64,000 nt of DNA from Octopus bimaculoides (Eukaryota): NCBI RefSeq assembly GCF_001194135.2, contig NC_068998.1, forward strand, positions 14,810,728 to 14,874,727, in the 5' to 3' direction. The notes beneath the pieces are model-generated. The model searched no databases and had not been told where the DNA came from. It saw only the letters and a list, made by a program, of their open reading frames with translations. This document shows positions 1 through 13,241 of the stretch, piece by piece; the stretch's first letter is position 1; every line of letters begins with the position of its first letter. The translations under genes and the position numbers were made by a program.

Positions 1-260
<260 letters not shown>

Positions 261-2544
261 TCTCTATACTGAAGTAGGTCGGGAACAATAAAGGATACGC
301 CTCTCTGAAATATATTTAGCTTACCTAAGAAGCTAGTTTTGTTTTTATCGAATATTGTAATCTATCAGACCGATTTCCATTACCATATAACAACATACAA
401 ACTTAGGTACATTTAGTAGACAGTAGGTTGTGATTAAAAGATGATTCGACTACTATTCCTTTAAGATCTATATATATATATATATTATCATTAAAATGGA
501 CGGCAATTTTTATCAGGGTTCGCTTAGCTGAATGGTAGAACATTTTTCCTCTCTATAAGAGTAAATACCCAATCTCTTTCTGCTATTTTCACAGTTATGC
601 AGCGGTAGAAATTTAGTTTCTTGTCTATTAAATATCAGCACGTCCGACGCTTGCATAGTTTGTTTATAAAATGTTCTCGCATTTCAATAGCTATTATTTT
701 GCATTAAAACTGACGGTAAATGTTGTCAGAAGACGTTCAACTTAATGGTATAGCAGCTGTGATCGAAATTTACTTTCTTATCTCTAACATATATTAATAA
801 TAATAATAATAATATGACAAAAAAAGAATGAATGAGACCTTAATATTATGTAAAATAGAGGAATTTATCTGCAGATATATAAACGTATATACATACATAT
901 ATGTATATGCAAACGAGTTATATATGTATATGTGCAGGTGTTGATGTGTTTGACACACAGGAGGGTATATTTGTGTATATACATATATAACTCATTTGCA
1001 TATTCAAATTTTGCGGCGAACGTGAATGTTTTACGGTTTTGTTTTTTGGCGTATGTATTTTTATTTGTAAAGAATAAAAGAATAAATACATATATATATA
1101 CATACATATATATATATATACATACATATATATGTATGTATATTGATTGATATTTAAACATATATATATATATATATANNNNNNNNNNNNNNNNNNNNNN
1201 NNNNNNNNNNNNNNNNNNNNNNNNNNNNNNNNNNNNNNNNNNNNNNNNNNNNNNNNNNNNNNNNNNNNNNNNNNNNNNNNNNNNNNNNNNNNNNNNNNNN
1301 NNNNNNNNNNNNNNNNNNNNNNNNNNNNNNNNNNNNNNNNNNNNNNNNNNNNNNNNNNNNNNNNNNNNNNNNNNNNNNNNNNNNNNNNNNNNNNNNNNNN
1401 NNNNNNNNNNNNNNNNNNNNNNNNNNNNNNNNNNNNNNNNNNNNNNNNNNNNNNNNNNNNNNNNNNNNNNNNNNNNNNNNNNNNNNNNNNNNNNNNNNNN
1501 NNNNNNNNNNNNNNNNNNNNNNNNNNNNNNNNNNNNNNNNNNNNNNNNNNNNNNNNNNNNNNNNNNNNNNNNNNNNNNNNNNNNNNNNNNNNNNNNNNNN
1601 NNNNNNNNNNNNNNNNNNNNNNNNNNNNNNNNNNNNNNNNNNNNNNNNNNNNNNNNNNNNNNNNNNNNNNNNNNNNNNNNNNNNNNNNNNNNNNNNNNNN
1701 NNNNNNNNNNNNNNNNNNNNNNNNNNNNNNNNNNNNNNNNNNNNNNNNNNNNNNNNNNNNNNNNNNNNNNNNNNNNNNNNNNNNNNNNNNNNNNNNNNNN
1801 NNNNNNNNNNNNNNNNNNNNNNNNNNNNNNNNNNNNNNNNNNNNNNNNNNNNNNNNNNNNNNNNNNNNNNNNNNNNNNNNNNNNNNNNNNNNNNNNNNNN
1901 NNNNNNNNNNNNNNNNNNNNNNNNNNNNNNNNNNNNNNNNNNNNNNNNNNNNNNNNNNNNNNNNNNNNNNNNNNNNNNNNNNNNNNNNNNNNNNNNNNNN
2001 NNNNNNNNNNNNNNNNNNNNNNNTATATATATATAATAAACATATATATATATATATATATAATAAACATATATATATATGTTTATTAACTGAGATATAC
2101 ATTTATACACGCATAAGACAGTAGGTTGTGGCTGTATGGAGATTTAAAAGGTATTTCCGTGTCTAATTAAATAAAGGTATCCCCTGTTGGCACTTACGTG
2201 CATACATGAGTTATTAGGTTGTAATTTGAGTGGGATTCGGCTCTTGATATTAACTGGTATAACTGCTCTGCAGCGGCAGCCAAGTTACCACCAACATGGA
2301 CATAAATACTAATAGATATGGCTTGAAGGATATCTGGCTGTTTTTTTGCCGCAGGTCTTATGACTATACAATAATGTCGTTTCGTTGAACCATACGTACA
2401 TACAATATACATAAGAAAATGCGGTATAAACTGACAGAATTGGTTGCTATTTCTAGAAGTTTGAGAGAAGCTATTGTAGGATTTAACCACGAAAATATAA
2501 AAGCGTGAGACGCCATCCTTCTTCTACTCTTTATGTTTCTCTCG

Positions 2545-2593
2545 GTCTGATTCTGTCTCTGTTTTTCTCTCTCTCTTTCTTTCTTTCTCTCTC

Positions 2594-2649
<56 letters not shown>

Positions 2650-3012
2650 NNNNNNNNNNNNNNNNNNNNNNNNNNNNNNNNNNNNNNNNNNNNNNNNNNN
2701 NNNNNNNNNNNNNNNNNNNNNNNNNNNNNNNNNNNNNNNNNNNNNNNNNNNNNNNNNNNNNNNNNNNNNNNNNNNNNNNNNNNNNNNNNNNNNNNNNNNN
2801 NNNNNNNNNNNNNNNNNNNNNNNNNNNNNNNNNNNNNNNNNNNNNNNNNNNNNNNNNNNNNNNNNNNNNNNNNNNNNNNNNNNNNNNNNNNNNNNNNNNN
2901 NNNNNNNNNNNNNNNNNNNNNNNNNNNNNNNNNNNNNNNNNNNNNNNNNNNNNNNNNNNNNNNNNNNNNNNNNNNNNNNNNNNNNNNNNNNNNNNNNNNN
3001 NNNNNNNNNNNN

Positions 3013-3078
<66 letters not shown>

Positions 3079-3150
3079 TGTGTTTGTGTGTGTGTGTGTG
3101 TGTGTTTGCCTGTTTGTGTGCGTGTATGTGTGTGTGTGTGTGTGCTTGCG
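2545..3150. repeat. (CT)n - gap - (TG)n compound microsatellite
   Basis: Direct periodicity on both sides of the gap. Confidence 0.95.
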
Positions 3151-3154
3151 TGAG

Positions 3155-3450
3155 TGTGTGACTCCCTCAATGAAGAACTGCTCCAATATCTGGGATGGTA
3201 TTGCTACTCAGGCATCCTGGATGGAGAAAGGACACTCGACTGGCTAGCATTGCTTCACTAACGGACATATTGTAGCCCCGTGCCCACAGGTGTGCGATAT
3301 CCTCTCTGTCTTCTACGGATACTCTAATGAATGGCCTCTATTCCTCGGAGTTGTCAATATCTCGGTCCCTCTCTTCTTGAACACTCATAACACAGTTCAA
3401 ATGGGACGTGTATAGCACCAGTCTAGCCAGTGTAGGAAGAAGGCCTGCAA
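3155..3450 (+). mobile_element. Degenerate CR1/Jockey-group LINE, RT C-terminal fragment
   Basis: Frameshifted translation MKNCSNIWDG...AHRCAISSL..FYGYSN.GLYSSELS resembles the YCSHIW...AHRR.V.SL..FYRY.NG.CSSEL C-terminus of such LINEs. Confidence 0.55.
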
Positions 3451-3452
3451 GT

Positions 3453-4187
3453 GGTAAAACAAGGTACAAGATATTTTGTTGAGAAATAATAATAACAATA
3501 TACATGCTTACAAGGAGAAGATCGGGTGTATTTAATTAAAGTTACTAATGATACAAACACAACTCATGTAGCATTACTGGGAAGGAATTACTTAACCAAC
3601 CATAGAAGGGGGAAAATAAAAGACAAGTCGCGATGGATGCAGAAATAGATATTATTTAAGATTATATTAAAAGATATTATTCAGATGACATTTGGTAAAA
3701 AAAAAAAAAATAATAATAATAATCATAAAAATAATAATAATAATACCTGAAAACTTAAACTAGTAGGAAGGATGGAATTAATGATAATAACTGAAAGTAT
3801 GTCTCTGCCAGTGCTTACATCGGTACGCTCTCCGTGTTATCTGGTTTACTAGGCGATTCTTGGAAAACAGAATATGTACCTTGTTTTACCATTGTACCTT
3901 GTTTTATCATTAATTTGCGTTAATATCCGTTTATTAATATATTACAAGGCAATGATGTTTTATTTATCATGTTTACATTCTTCGCTTCAAATTAGTATGT
4001 TATTATTTTTAATATTTTTAATATATTCTTAAACAATATCTATTTCTGCCTCCATCGCCACTTGTCTTTTATTTTCCCCTTCTATGGTTGGTTAAGGAAA
4101 TTCTTCCTAGTAATGCCACACTGGTCGTTGTTTGTACCATTAGTAACTTTAATTAAATATTTCCGATCTTCTCCTTGTAAGCTTGTA

Positions 4188-4245
<58 letters not shown>

Positions 4246-4392
4246 TCTCAACAGAATATCCTTCACCATGTTTTACCATTAATTTGCCTTAATATCCGTA
4301 TATTAATATATTACAAGGCTATGATGATTTATTTATTTATTTATCATATTTACATTCTTCGCTTCAAATCAGTATGTTATTATTATTTTTTA
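3453..4392. repeat. Composite of an inverted repeat (about 3453-3690 vs 4010-4275) and a direct repeat (about 3885-4010 vs 4268-4392)
   Basis: gatattttgttgagaaataat...gatggatgcagaaatagatatt matches the reverse complement of 4040-4262. gttttaccattaatttgc...cttcgcttcaaat(t/c)agtatgttatt occurs twice directly. Confidence 0.85.
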
Positions 4393-4789
4393 CCTTGAGG
4401 AGAAATTATTATATACGATGAACTCTCTGAATTCTCTCCCTTACTCCACATTTTGATTAGCTTATAGCTTACGATTTTTTGTTTACTTTACTGTGATCCA
4501 TTTTCCCTCCCCCTATTTTAATCATTTAATTTAAACCTTTAGTATAGCGTTTACAGCCTCCTTCCCGTTATAAATCTATGTAAACCAGCGTTCTTGTTTC
4601 TAACGGTCACTTACTTGGCCATATAATATTATAACTCGTAAGTAACCTTATCATTTCGCATGTTGGTTCCCTGACGATGAATATATGTGTGATTCCAGCA
4701 CCTCTTACTTCTTTGGAGTAGTGTGCACATATATTTTGAAACATATGTAGGAATTAAAGGAACTTTAGTTTATATGCGTTTTGCTCCAT

Positions 4790-4871
<82 letters not shown>

Positions 4872-4968
4872 TATATAAATTATAGGGTAGCAAAAAAAAT
4901 TTTAGAAATTTTATTTACCACCAGTGGTCTAGCGAGAGTAAAAAAAACAGTCAATAGACTATGTATTA

Positions 4969-5088
4969 TTCATTTAAAATGCAGAGATGCCTATAATAGG
5001 ACATCTACTCGCTAGAAATAGCAAGTCTTTTGCTGCTATTTCTAGCGAGTAGATGTCCTATTATAGGCATCTCTGCATTTTAAATGAA
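4969..5088. repeat. Perfect 55-bp-arm palindrome with a 10-nt loop
   Basis: ttcatttaaaatgcagagatgcctataataggacatctactcgctagaaatagca (4969-5023) is the exact reverse complement of 5034-5088. Confidence 0.95.
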
Positions 5089-5401
5089 ATATATATATAT
5101 ATATATATAATGATATAAATTTCATTAAAAAATAATAAATAGAACAGACGATTTATAGTAAAAGCATGATGAATAAAATTTTTTATACCGAAGGAGACAA
5201 CAAACTAACGTCAATATTAATTATAAATATTGTTGGACAGAAATTTTCGTTGAAACAAAAACTAAACCAGACAATAGAGTAAAAAATATTCATTTTAACT
5301 GCATTATTCAAGTAGTGATAAAATGCAGAACGTGTCCCTAAGGATCATTAGTGTTAATATATCATGTGGAGATATATTGTTATTTACTTTAGGGTAAAGG
5401 A

Positions 5402-5748
5402 TTGCAATTTTCAAGGGTATGGATTAGTCGACACCATCAACAGTTATACTTCACAGATACTTTATTTTATCGAGTTCGAAATATACAAAAACTAAGTTCA
5501 TCTCGGTGGGATTAGAGTACAGAACGTAAAAAATGTGGAGTACTAATCTTTTCTACTATAGGCACTGGACGTGCAATTTTGGGGAGGGTGCTAGTCGATT
5601 ATATCGACTCCAGTGTTCAACTGGTGCAAATTTATCGTTATTGAAAGGATGAATGTAAAAGTTGGCCAAGGTTGACGTTGAACTCAGAATGTAAGATCAG
5701 AAGAAATGCCGTTAAACATTTTATTCAGCATGATAACGATTCTGCTAG
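5402..5748 (-). mobile_element. Two adjacent degenerate copies of SINE family B (Nin/Deu-like central domain)
   Basis: The reverse complement carries ttctgagttcaa...gacttttacattcatcctttc...gataaa...ccagttgaacactggagtcgatataatcgact, as in the 31407 and 31698 copies. Confidence 0.65.
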
Positions 5749-6349
5749 ACAGTGTGGAGAAATAAAGTTAATATATAGATACAGATACAATTTGCAGAAA
5801 CTATATAAGCAATACGCAATAGTAGAAGGAATATTTCTATGCCGCCATTAAATCTTTGTTATTTTATCTTGGAAATTTGCCAATACCATACAAATTAATT
5901 CTATATCACTGCTTTACTTTTTGTACTATGTCAGCTGGTTAAATAATTTATCAATAATTTATCAATAATTTATCAATTAACTAACTGTTTGAGCAATAAA
6001 TTTATCGGTTGGTTGGGAGTGTTTTTTTTTTTCATTGCAACAATGTAACCACCTTACTCCAGGTTTGTTCACTTGTCTGAGACAAATTCTTGCAACCGTC
6101 TTACAGTTTGTTGATGTTTAATAAAAGTTGTAGTCAACAGAAGTAGTTCACAACAAAATTTCAAATTTCGAAACTTCAGCAACACACTCAATCCTCTAAT
6201 TACTTTTTTTCCTGCGCTTCTTTATAAGGCACACCCGGATTTGCTAAGGGGGTGGTCTCAAGTAGATATATACAGGTATATATATGTGTGTACACACACA
6301 CACACATACACACACACGCGCGCATATATATATTTATATACATACATAA

Positions 6350-6779
6350 GCGCAGGAGTGGCTGTGTGGTAAGTAACTTGCTTACCAACCATATGGTTCC
6401 GGGTTCATTCCCACTGCGTGTCATCTTGGGCAAGTGTCTTCTACTATAGCCTCGGGCCGACCAAAGTCTTGTGAGTGGATTTGGTAGACGGAAACTGAAA
6501 GAAGCCTGTCGTATATATGTATATNNNNNNNNNNATATATGTGTGTATATGTTTGTGTGTCTTTGTTTGTCCCCCCAACATCGCTTGACAACCGATGGTG
6601 GTGTGTTTACGTCCCCGTAACTAAGTGGTTCGGCAAAAGAGACCGATAGAATAAGTACTAGGTATCTAAAGAATAAGTCCTGGGGTCGATTTACTCGACT
6701 AAAGGCGGTACCCCAGCATGGCCGCAGTCAAATGACTGAAACAAGTAAAGGAGTAAAAGAGTAAAAGAGTAAAAGAGTA
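6350..6779 (+). mobile_element. tRNA-derived SINE family A (CORE-like domain, internal TA/TG microsatellite, (gagtaaaa)n tail), full length
   Basis: A-box tggctgtgtggtaag, B-box ggttcattccc, cttgggcaagtgtcttct CORE-like segment, 3' module cagcatggccgcagtcaaatgactgaaac. Several homologous copies in the window. Confidence 0.85.
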
Positions 6780-6929
6780 TACAAACATACATGCACACAC
6801 ATATATATATTTATATACACACACAATTAAAGGATAAAACCATTAAAAATTTCATCAATGGCCAGGTTATAAAATAAACCTATTTGGGTAAATACATATA
6901 TAGAGATTTATAATAGTAGAAAATACAAT

Positions 6930-7014
6930 TATAATTAAGGGCACAGAGGCTTCTGTGCCTATATGCGTCTTTCTCCAGCATATAGGCACGGAAGCTTCTG
7001 TTCTCTTAATTATA
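6930..7014 (+). repeat. 37-bp-stem hairpin whose arms are themselves palindromes
   Basis: 6930-6966 pairs with 6978-7014 (3 G.U, 1 C.U mismatch), 11-nt loop. Each arm has a ggcac(a/g)ga(a/g)gcttctgt centre. Confidence 0.9.
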
Positions 7015-7045
7015 CTTTATACTATTATAAACCTTTCTGTCTTTT

Positions 7046-7146
<101 letters not shown>

Positions 7147-7689
7147 AAATATATCTGTACTTTTAATATCATATTTATTTATAATGTTGTTTCCAATCAT
7201 TGCCTTTTGATGGAATTTCTAGTTGCGTTGTGTGGCAACAATATTTCATATTAAAGATACTTTCTGAATTTTATCAATGTTTCAACGTTTCGATTAAAGC
7301 GATTTTTTTCTTTGTTACACGGGTGCCTTTTTGATTCAGTTAAAATATATCTCCTGCCCTGCTTGTAATTAATCTTGATAGTTTGTATTACTATCTATTA
7401 TAGTATCGAATATCCTTTTTTCGCCCAGTAGCGCTATGGCTATTAACTTTGTCTATGTCGTATTTTTATGGGTTTTTTATTGTTAAAGATATTTTGATTT
7501 TTATATCGGAAAGCTTTCAAATATTTCTCTATATTTTTCTTGTGAACAGGATAAACATATCTCCTTATCTGTTACGTATATATTATTTTTATTATTTTGC
7601 CTCCCCATGTGTCAGCATGTATTCGGGATAGATTTTTAATGGTTAGAGGTGTATGTACGATTAACTATGAATCAAGCTGAGCCGTCTTT

Positions 7690-7830
7690 CTTCCCAATGC
7701 CGTCGAGGACGACTTTGCCTTTCATCATTTGGAGTTGAAGAAATAAGAATAGTTTGAGAAATGGGTCGATGTAATCGACTTACACCCTCCTACCCTAAAA
7801 TCTGGCCTAGTGCCAGAATTCGGTTGCGAA
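7690..7830 (+). mobile_element. 5'-truncated SINE family B copy
   Basis: cgaggacgactttgcctttcatc...gggtcgatgtaatcgactta...tctggcctagtgcc matches family B. Confidence 0.65.
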
Positions 7831-8491
7831 TTATCCAATTGTGTTGTAAGAAGTATTTTAAGCTTGTACATTAGCAATCAATATATATGTATGTAGCTCT
7901 CTCTCTCGCCCCCCCCCCANNNNNNNNNNNNNNNNNNNNNNNNNNNNNNNNNNNNNNNNNNNNNNNNNNNNNNNNNNNNNNNNNNNNNNNNNNNNNNNNN
8001 NNNNNNNNNNNNNNNNNNNNNNNNNNNNNNNNNNNNNNNNNNNNNNNNNNNNNNNNNNNNNNNNNNNNNNNNNNNNNNNNNNNNNNNNNNNNNNNNNNNN
8101 NNNNNNNNNNNNNNNNNNNNNNNNNNNNNNNNNNNNNNNNNNNNNNNNNNNNNNNNNNNNNNNNNNNNNNNNNNNNNNNNNNNNNNNNNNNNNNNNNNNN
8201 NNNNNNNNNNNNNNNNNNNNNNNNNNNNNNNNNNNNNNNNNNNNNNNNNNNNNNNNNNNNNNNNNNNNNNNNNNNNNNNNNNNNNNNNNNNNNNNNNNNN
8301 NNNNNNNNNNNNNNNNNNNNNNNNNNNNNNNNNNNNNNNNNNNNNNNNNNNNNNNNNNNNNNNNNNNNNNNNNNNNNNNNNNNNNNNNNNNNNNNNNNNN
8401 NNNNNNNNNNNNNNNNNNNNNNNNNNNNNNNNNNNNNNNNNNNNNNATATATATATATATATATATATATACGTATACATAGATATGTATA

Positions 8492-9660
8492 CAGGGGTTG
8501 GACAAAATAATGGAAATACCTAACATCATAAAGTCATAATTTTGAAATATCTAAATATCTATAAAACCGTCAAAATCTTGTTTATTTTTATGTTTTTTTA
8601 AATTTATTATTAGTGTTGCTTAATATGTTTTGATATAATTGTTGTTTCTTTCCAGATATTATCATAAAAAGGTAATTAAAATTCATTAAAATGACACATC
8701 TATCTGACTTTCAAACAAGCCAAATTGTCGGTGGTCTTATGGCTGGCTCTAGCATAGGGAAAACAGCCGAAATGTTTGGTGTATCGTGAATTGTTAGAAA
8801 GGATCACAAAAGTACAGCTCCCGAAATTAGTGCAGAGATTAATGACCACCTCGAGAACCCAGTTTCCACAAAAACTGTTCGCCGGGAGCTGCACAAAGCC
8901 AGATTTTACGGAGGGGCTGCAATCAGAAAATCACTACTTTCAAAAACAAACGTTGCAAAGCATTTAGAGTGGAGTAAAAACTTACAGAATTGGTCCCCAG
9001 AGCAGTGGAAGAATGTTTTCCCGGACGTGTCATCCTTTACCTTATTTCCGACCACTGACCGAGTATACGTGTGAACACAGCCAAAAGATGCATTTGATCC
9101 AGACTGCCTTCTTCCAGCTGTTAAACATGGAGGAGGATCTGTGATGATCTGGGGGTGGGAGTCCTATATCTTGGAAATCCGCCGGTCAATGGTTTCCCTT
9201 CGTGGAAGAATTAGTAGTCAAGACTATTTAAGCATTTTATATGATCATATTCATCCTATGGTTCCGGAACTGTTTCCGGAGGGAAACGTAAACTTTCAAG
9301 ATAAAAATGCACCAATTCACACAGCTAAAGTTGTTCTTGAATGTCACAAGGAATATTCTAGTGAAATTGAACATCTTATCTGGCCAGCGCAGTCCCCAGA
9401 TCTCAATATTATATAGTATTTATGGTGCATTTTAGAAAATCAAGTAAGGAGTCGATATCCTCCACTATCATCACTGCAAGAACTGGAGAGTATTTTAGTT
9501 GAAGAATGGTAAAAAATTCCTTTGGAAACAATTCAAATTTTGTACGAGTCCATACCTCGTGGAATTCAAACTGTAATTACTGCGAAAGGCGGTACTACCC
9601 CATATTAAAATTAATTTGTTTGAAATTTTAAGGTTTTTCCATTATTTTGTCCAACCCCTG
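8492..9660 (+). mobile_element. Tc1-family DNA transposon with both TIRs and TA TSD; transposase pseudogene (8691 to about 9610)
   Basis: ta|caggggttggacaaaataatggaaatacc ... aggtttttccattattttgtccaacccctg|ta. Motifs: MTHLSDFQTSQIVG, KTVRRELH, WKNV, VKHGGGSVMIWG, FQDKNAPIH, WPAQSPDLNII*. Stops, frameshifts and an N-terminal deletion near 8787. Confidence 0.95.
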
Positions 9661-9696
9661 TAAATATTTACATACATACATACATATATATATATG

Positions 9697-9730
<34 letters not shown>

Positions 9731-9812
9731 TATAGATATATATACGCTCACATATATGTATACATACATACACAAACAGATATATAAATGTTTCTGTTTG
9801 TATGCGTGTGTA

Positions 9813-9871
<59 letters not shown>

Positions 9872-10253
9872 GCATACATATATCTGTGCGTGTGTTTGTA
9901 TGTTGGAATGGGTGCGGTGTGTGTGACTGTGCTGAACAAATTACACATAAATATATGCGTAGGCCTGTGTGTTCTTTCATCGTTAAATAGTTGTGCAATT
10001 ACAGAGGTCGGGTAATGAATAGAAACTTAATTATAATTGCATTGAAACATAAGTATGGCACAATATCTACGCCAATTGTCTTAGATATTAATGTTACAAG
10101 GAGACACGAAGTCCCATAGTCTCACTGAGATCGCATGTAATAATTTCCCTCGAACTCTTTCTCTCTCCCACTCTTTTTCCCTCCAACTCTTCCTCTTCCT
10201 CTGTATTATGTATGCGCATGTGTATGTGAGTGTATGTATGCATGCATATATGT

Positions 10254-10286
<33 letters not shown>

Positions 10287-10875
10287 CATATGTTCATATA
10301 TATATGACCATATGTACATGTAATATACATATATATATGTACATATGAATATAGACATATATACACACATATTTTTATACACACACATACACATATATGC
10401 ACACAAACACACACACATACACACACACATATATATGCATGTCTATTCATATATCTATATATTTACATATTTTTACATACATAGACGCACCAACCCCCAC
10501 CAACCCAAAGAAATATCTTGTATATAAATATATGACTCTATATAAATATACATACATATACACTGAGATGAAGAAAGAGTGAGAGAAAGAAAGAGAGAAT
10601 GTGAAGACGATGGAGAGCAACCGTCGCTTAGTTAGTTAATTCGTTTATTCGTTCGATGAAAATATTGCGTTAATTGAAAAATACCGTCATTTACCATAGT
10701 AATAAAAACTGTTGTCATTTATCATAGTAATATATAAGAAATTCAATAATTCTTTCACGAACTTTCAAAATACTTGCCTAAATGTCTAAACATCATTTTT
10801 TGAACATTCTTTCAAAGTGACATTGGTGGCAATACTTCGTCTACTCAACGGTTTATAAGAAGCATTTTTTCCAGT

Positions 10876-11070
10876 AAAGGCACAATGCTTGAAATTCTGA
10901 TGAGGTTGTGCTAATCGATAACATAAACCCCAGTATTAATCGGTGCTTTTTTTTATCGACTCCGAAAAGATGAATGACCAGGTTGGCCACAACGGAATCT
11001 GAACACAAAACGTAGAAATTTGATAAGAGTTTCGGTCGGCGTGTTAACGATTTTGCCATTTTGCCACTTC
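10876..11070 (-). mobile_element. SINE family B copy
   Basis: The reverse complement has a tggcaaaatcgttaacacgccgaccgaaac head, tcattcatcttttcggagtcgataaaa domain and ttgtgcctt 3' end. Confidence 0.7.
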
Positions 11071-12073
11071 TATTCGAAAAAGTACATTACGCTGTAATTT
11101 GTCCATAAAAAAAGTTGGACGTGAAATATAATTACTATGTTAGTTTTTGGACAAATAATTAAGCTGATCATCTAAATCGTACCATATCCTTTCCATCGCA
11201 TCTGCCCCTGGTAAATAAATATTGTTCATGATCCATCGAATCTGAGTGATTCGCTTTATATCTCTCGAGATCCAGTATTTATTGATCAATTTGTATCGAG
11301 TCCAATTTAGTGGTTATTGTTTTAATGTTCAATTTAATCGACACCTTCATTGTCTAATGCTTCGTATGCCCTCAGCTCATCCATAAAAAGGCAGACGTGT
11401 GTCCGTTCATAACGATCTGTTTCCGATACTAATTAAGAAATAAAATAATACAGGGATAAAATGATACAAAGAATATACAAAGCATGCTTTTAACAACCAC
11501 TTCCTGAATACAAACCACAAGTATCCTTGCTTCACCAATGTGTGTGAACTACTAGCAACGCATTATAATACCACCATCATCTAGCTTGGAGTGATAGGTA
11601 AATCATATAAATTTTGGAGCCTATTACGATGTCATTTCAGCGTTTCCCACCCCCAATGGAGTAGTGCAGAAGGCAGTCGAAACGATCGTTGTGCGGCATA
11701 AAGCTTCTAGTTACATGCCGTCTTCCTTATCAATCATTTATACTCAATGTGCAACTAGGAATTCCTTACATAGATCCTGCGAGGAAAGCGCAGTACCACA
11801 GATGACGCCTGGTAACGATAAGTGGAGAACGTAAGCTGCAGGCACACTACCCGAAATATGGTTTGGATACTGCATTTTAATGTCTCCTATCTAAACCTTA
11901 ACATCAATTTTAAATTTAACACACACACATAGACATATATATATCGTCTGTAAAAAACATAAATCCGAAAAAAAGCAAATACATATATATATATATACAT
12001 ACATATATATATACGTATATATATATGTATATATAATATGTGTGAGTGTGTGTGTGTGTGTCTGTGTGTATAG

Positions 12074-13021
12074 CTATATATATTAAACACAGGATGTGTG
12101 TCTGTCTGTGTGTTTGTCATGTCGTTAAAACTAGAGATCCACCCAACCGATTTTAATGAAATTTTACACATGCATTACATAGGGTCCTTAGTGTTTCATG
12201 GGCTAAGACAAATTCAACTTCTTGTCTAATGTGGGCCCAGGAGCAGATGAACCGCATTTAAAAGCATTTTTGCAGCATTAAGTCCCGTAACTTGAAGAGT
12301 ATCCAGTCGCTTTCCCACAATTTTACCACAATTTTGCCGACTGAGTGTCCCCGCAAAAAATGCAGATTATGAGATTTGAGTATACTGCACGGGGTTTTAT
12401 CTATGTTTTGGGCCATTTTCCGACGATCAAATTTTGAAACTACTTATGCATTATTAGTAACGTATAATATTTCATGAAAACCTTTTTCTCCAATTTGGCA
12501 GAAGAAATGAGAAGAACATTAAAATTTTTGCCGGTGCCCTGTTGATGCTTCATGTTACCATCTCGCACACCAGCGGGCCCTATGCGTGTGCGCGGATGGG
12601 TAAAGGCACAACAAACCCATTCATCCATTCGCCAGAAGTGCCCTGTTGATGTTTCATGTTTCCAAATCTGCAGCATAGCCCGGCAGCATCTCTGCTTTCT
12701 ATGTTATCCATATCTGAGCTATATAATGCAAAATGTTGATAAGTAAATGTTTTGCAGTAATATAAAGCACCATACGGTTGAAGTATAAATATAAACATAG
12801 AATGGTGGAACAACAGTGCACCGATATTTATTGGAAATAGCAGTAAATATCAATAAGATGTAGCTAAGAGAAGCAACTCTGAACGAACTTAATAAAGTCG
12901 TAGCTTTATATATCATTCAGTCAACACATTGACTTATTTGTGCTAGTAGATCGCCTGATCGAGGTAAACAACGAAGCGTTAGCGCGAAGCAGCGTTTAGG
13001 TATGAGCAGAATTTAGTCTAG
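12074..13021 (+). mobile_element. Non-autonomous Helitron-like element
   Basis: Starts ctatatatattaaa..gtgtgtctgtctgt and contains cccaaccgattttaatgaaattt. Ends with a GC-rich subterminal segment and tctag|t. The 5' part is homologous to 24440-24635 (minus). Confidence 0.55.
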
Positions 13022-13148
13022 TTGAAATGTTTGTCACATATTTCAACTGATTAAAGACAAATACACTGCAGTTAACTTTGAGAAGAAAAATAAAATCTCT
13101 GAATTAACTAAGTGTTTTCACACCTTTTTGCCACGTTAATTGCAGAGA

Positions 13149-13241
<93 letters not shown>

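Noticed and set aside
5942-5977. 11-bp unit aataatttatc repeated about three times, as a CRISPR-like or regulatory array
   Set aside because: No spacers; an ordinary short tandem duplication.
11665-11697. gtgcagaaggcagtcgaaacgatcg as a hammerhead
   Set aside because: The core is too divergent and there is no stem I.
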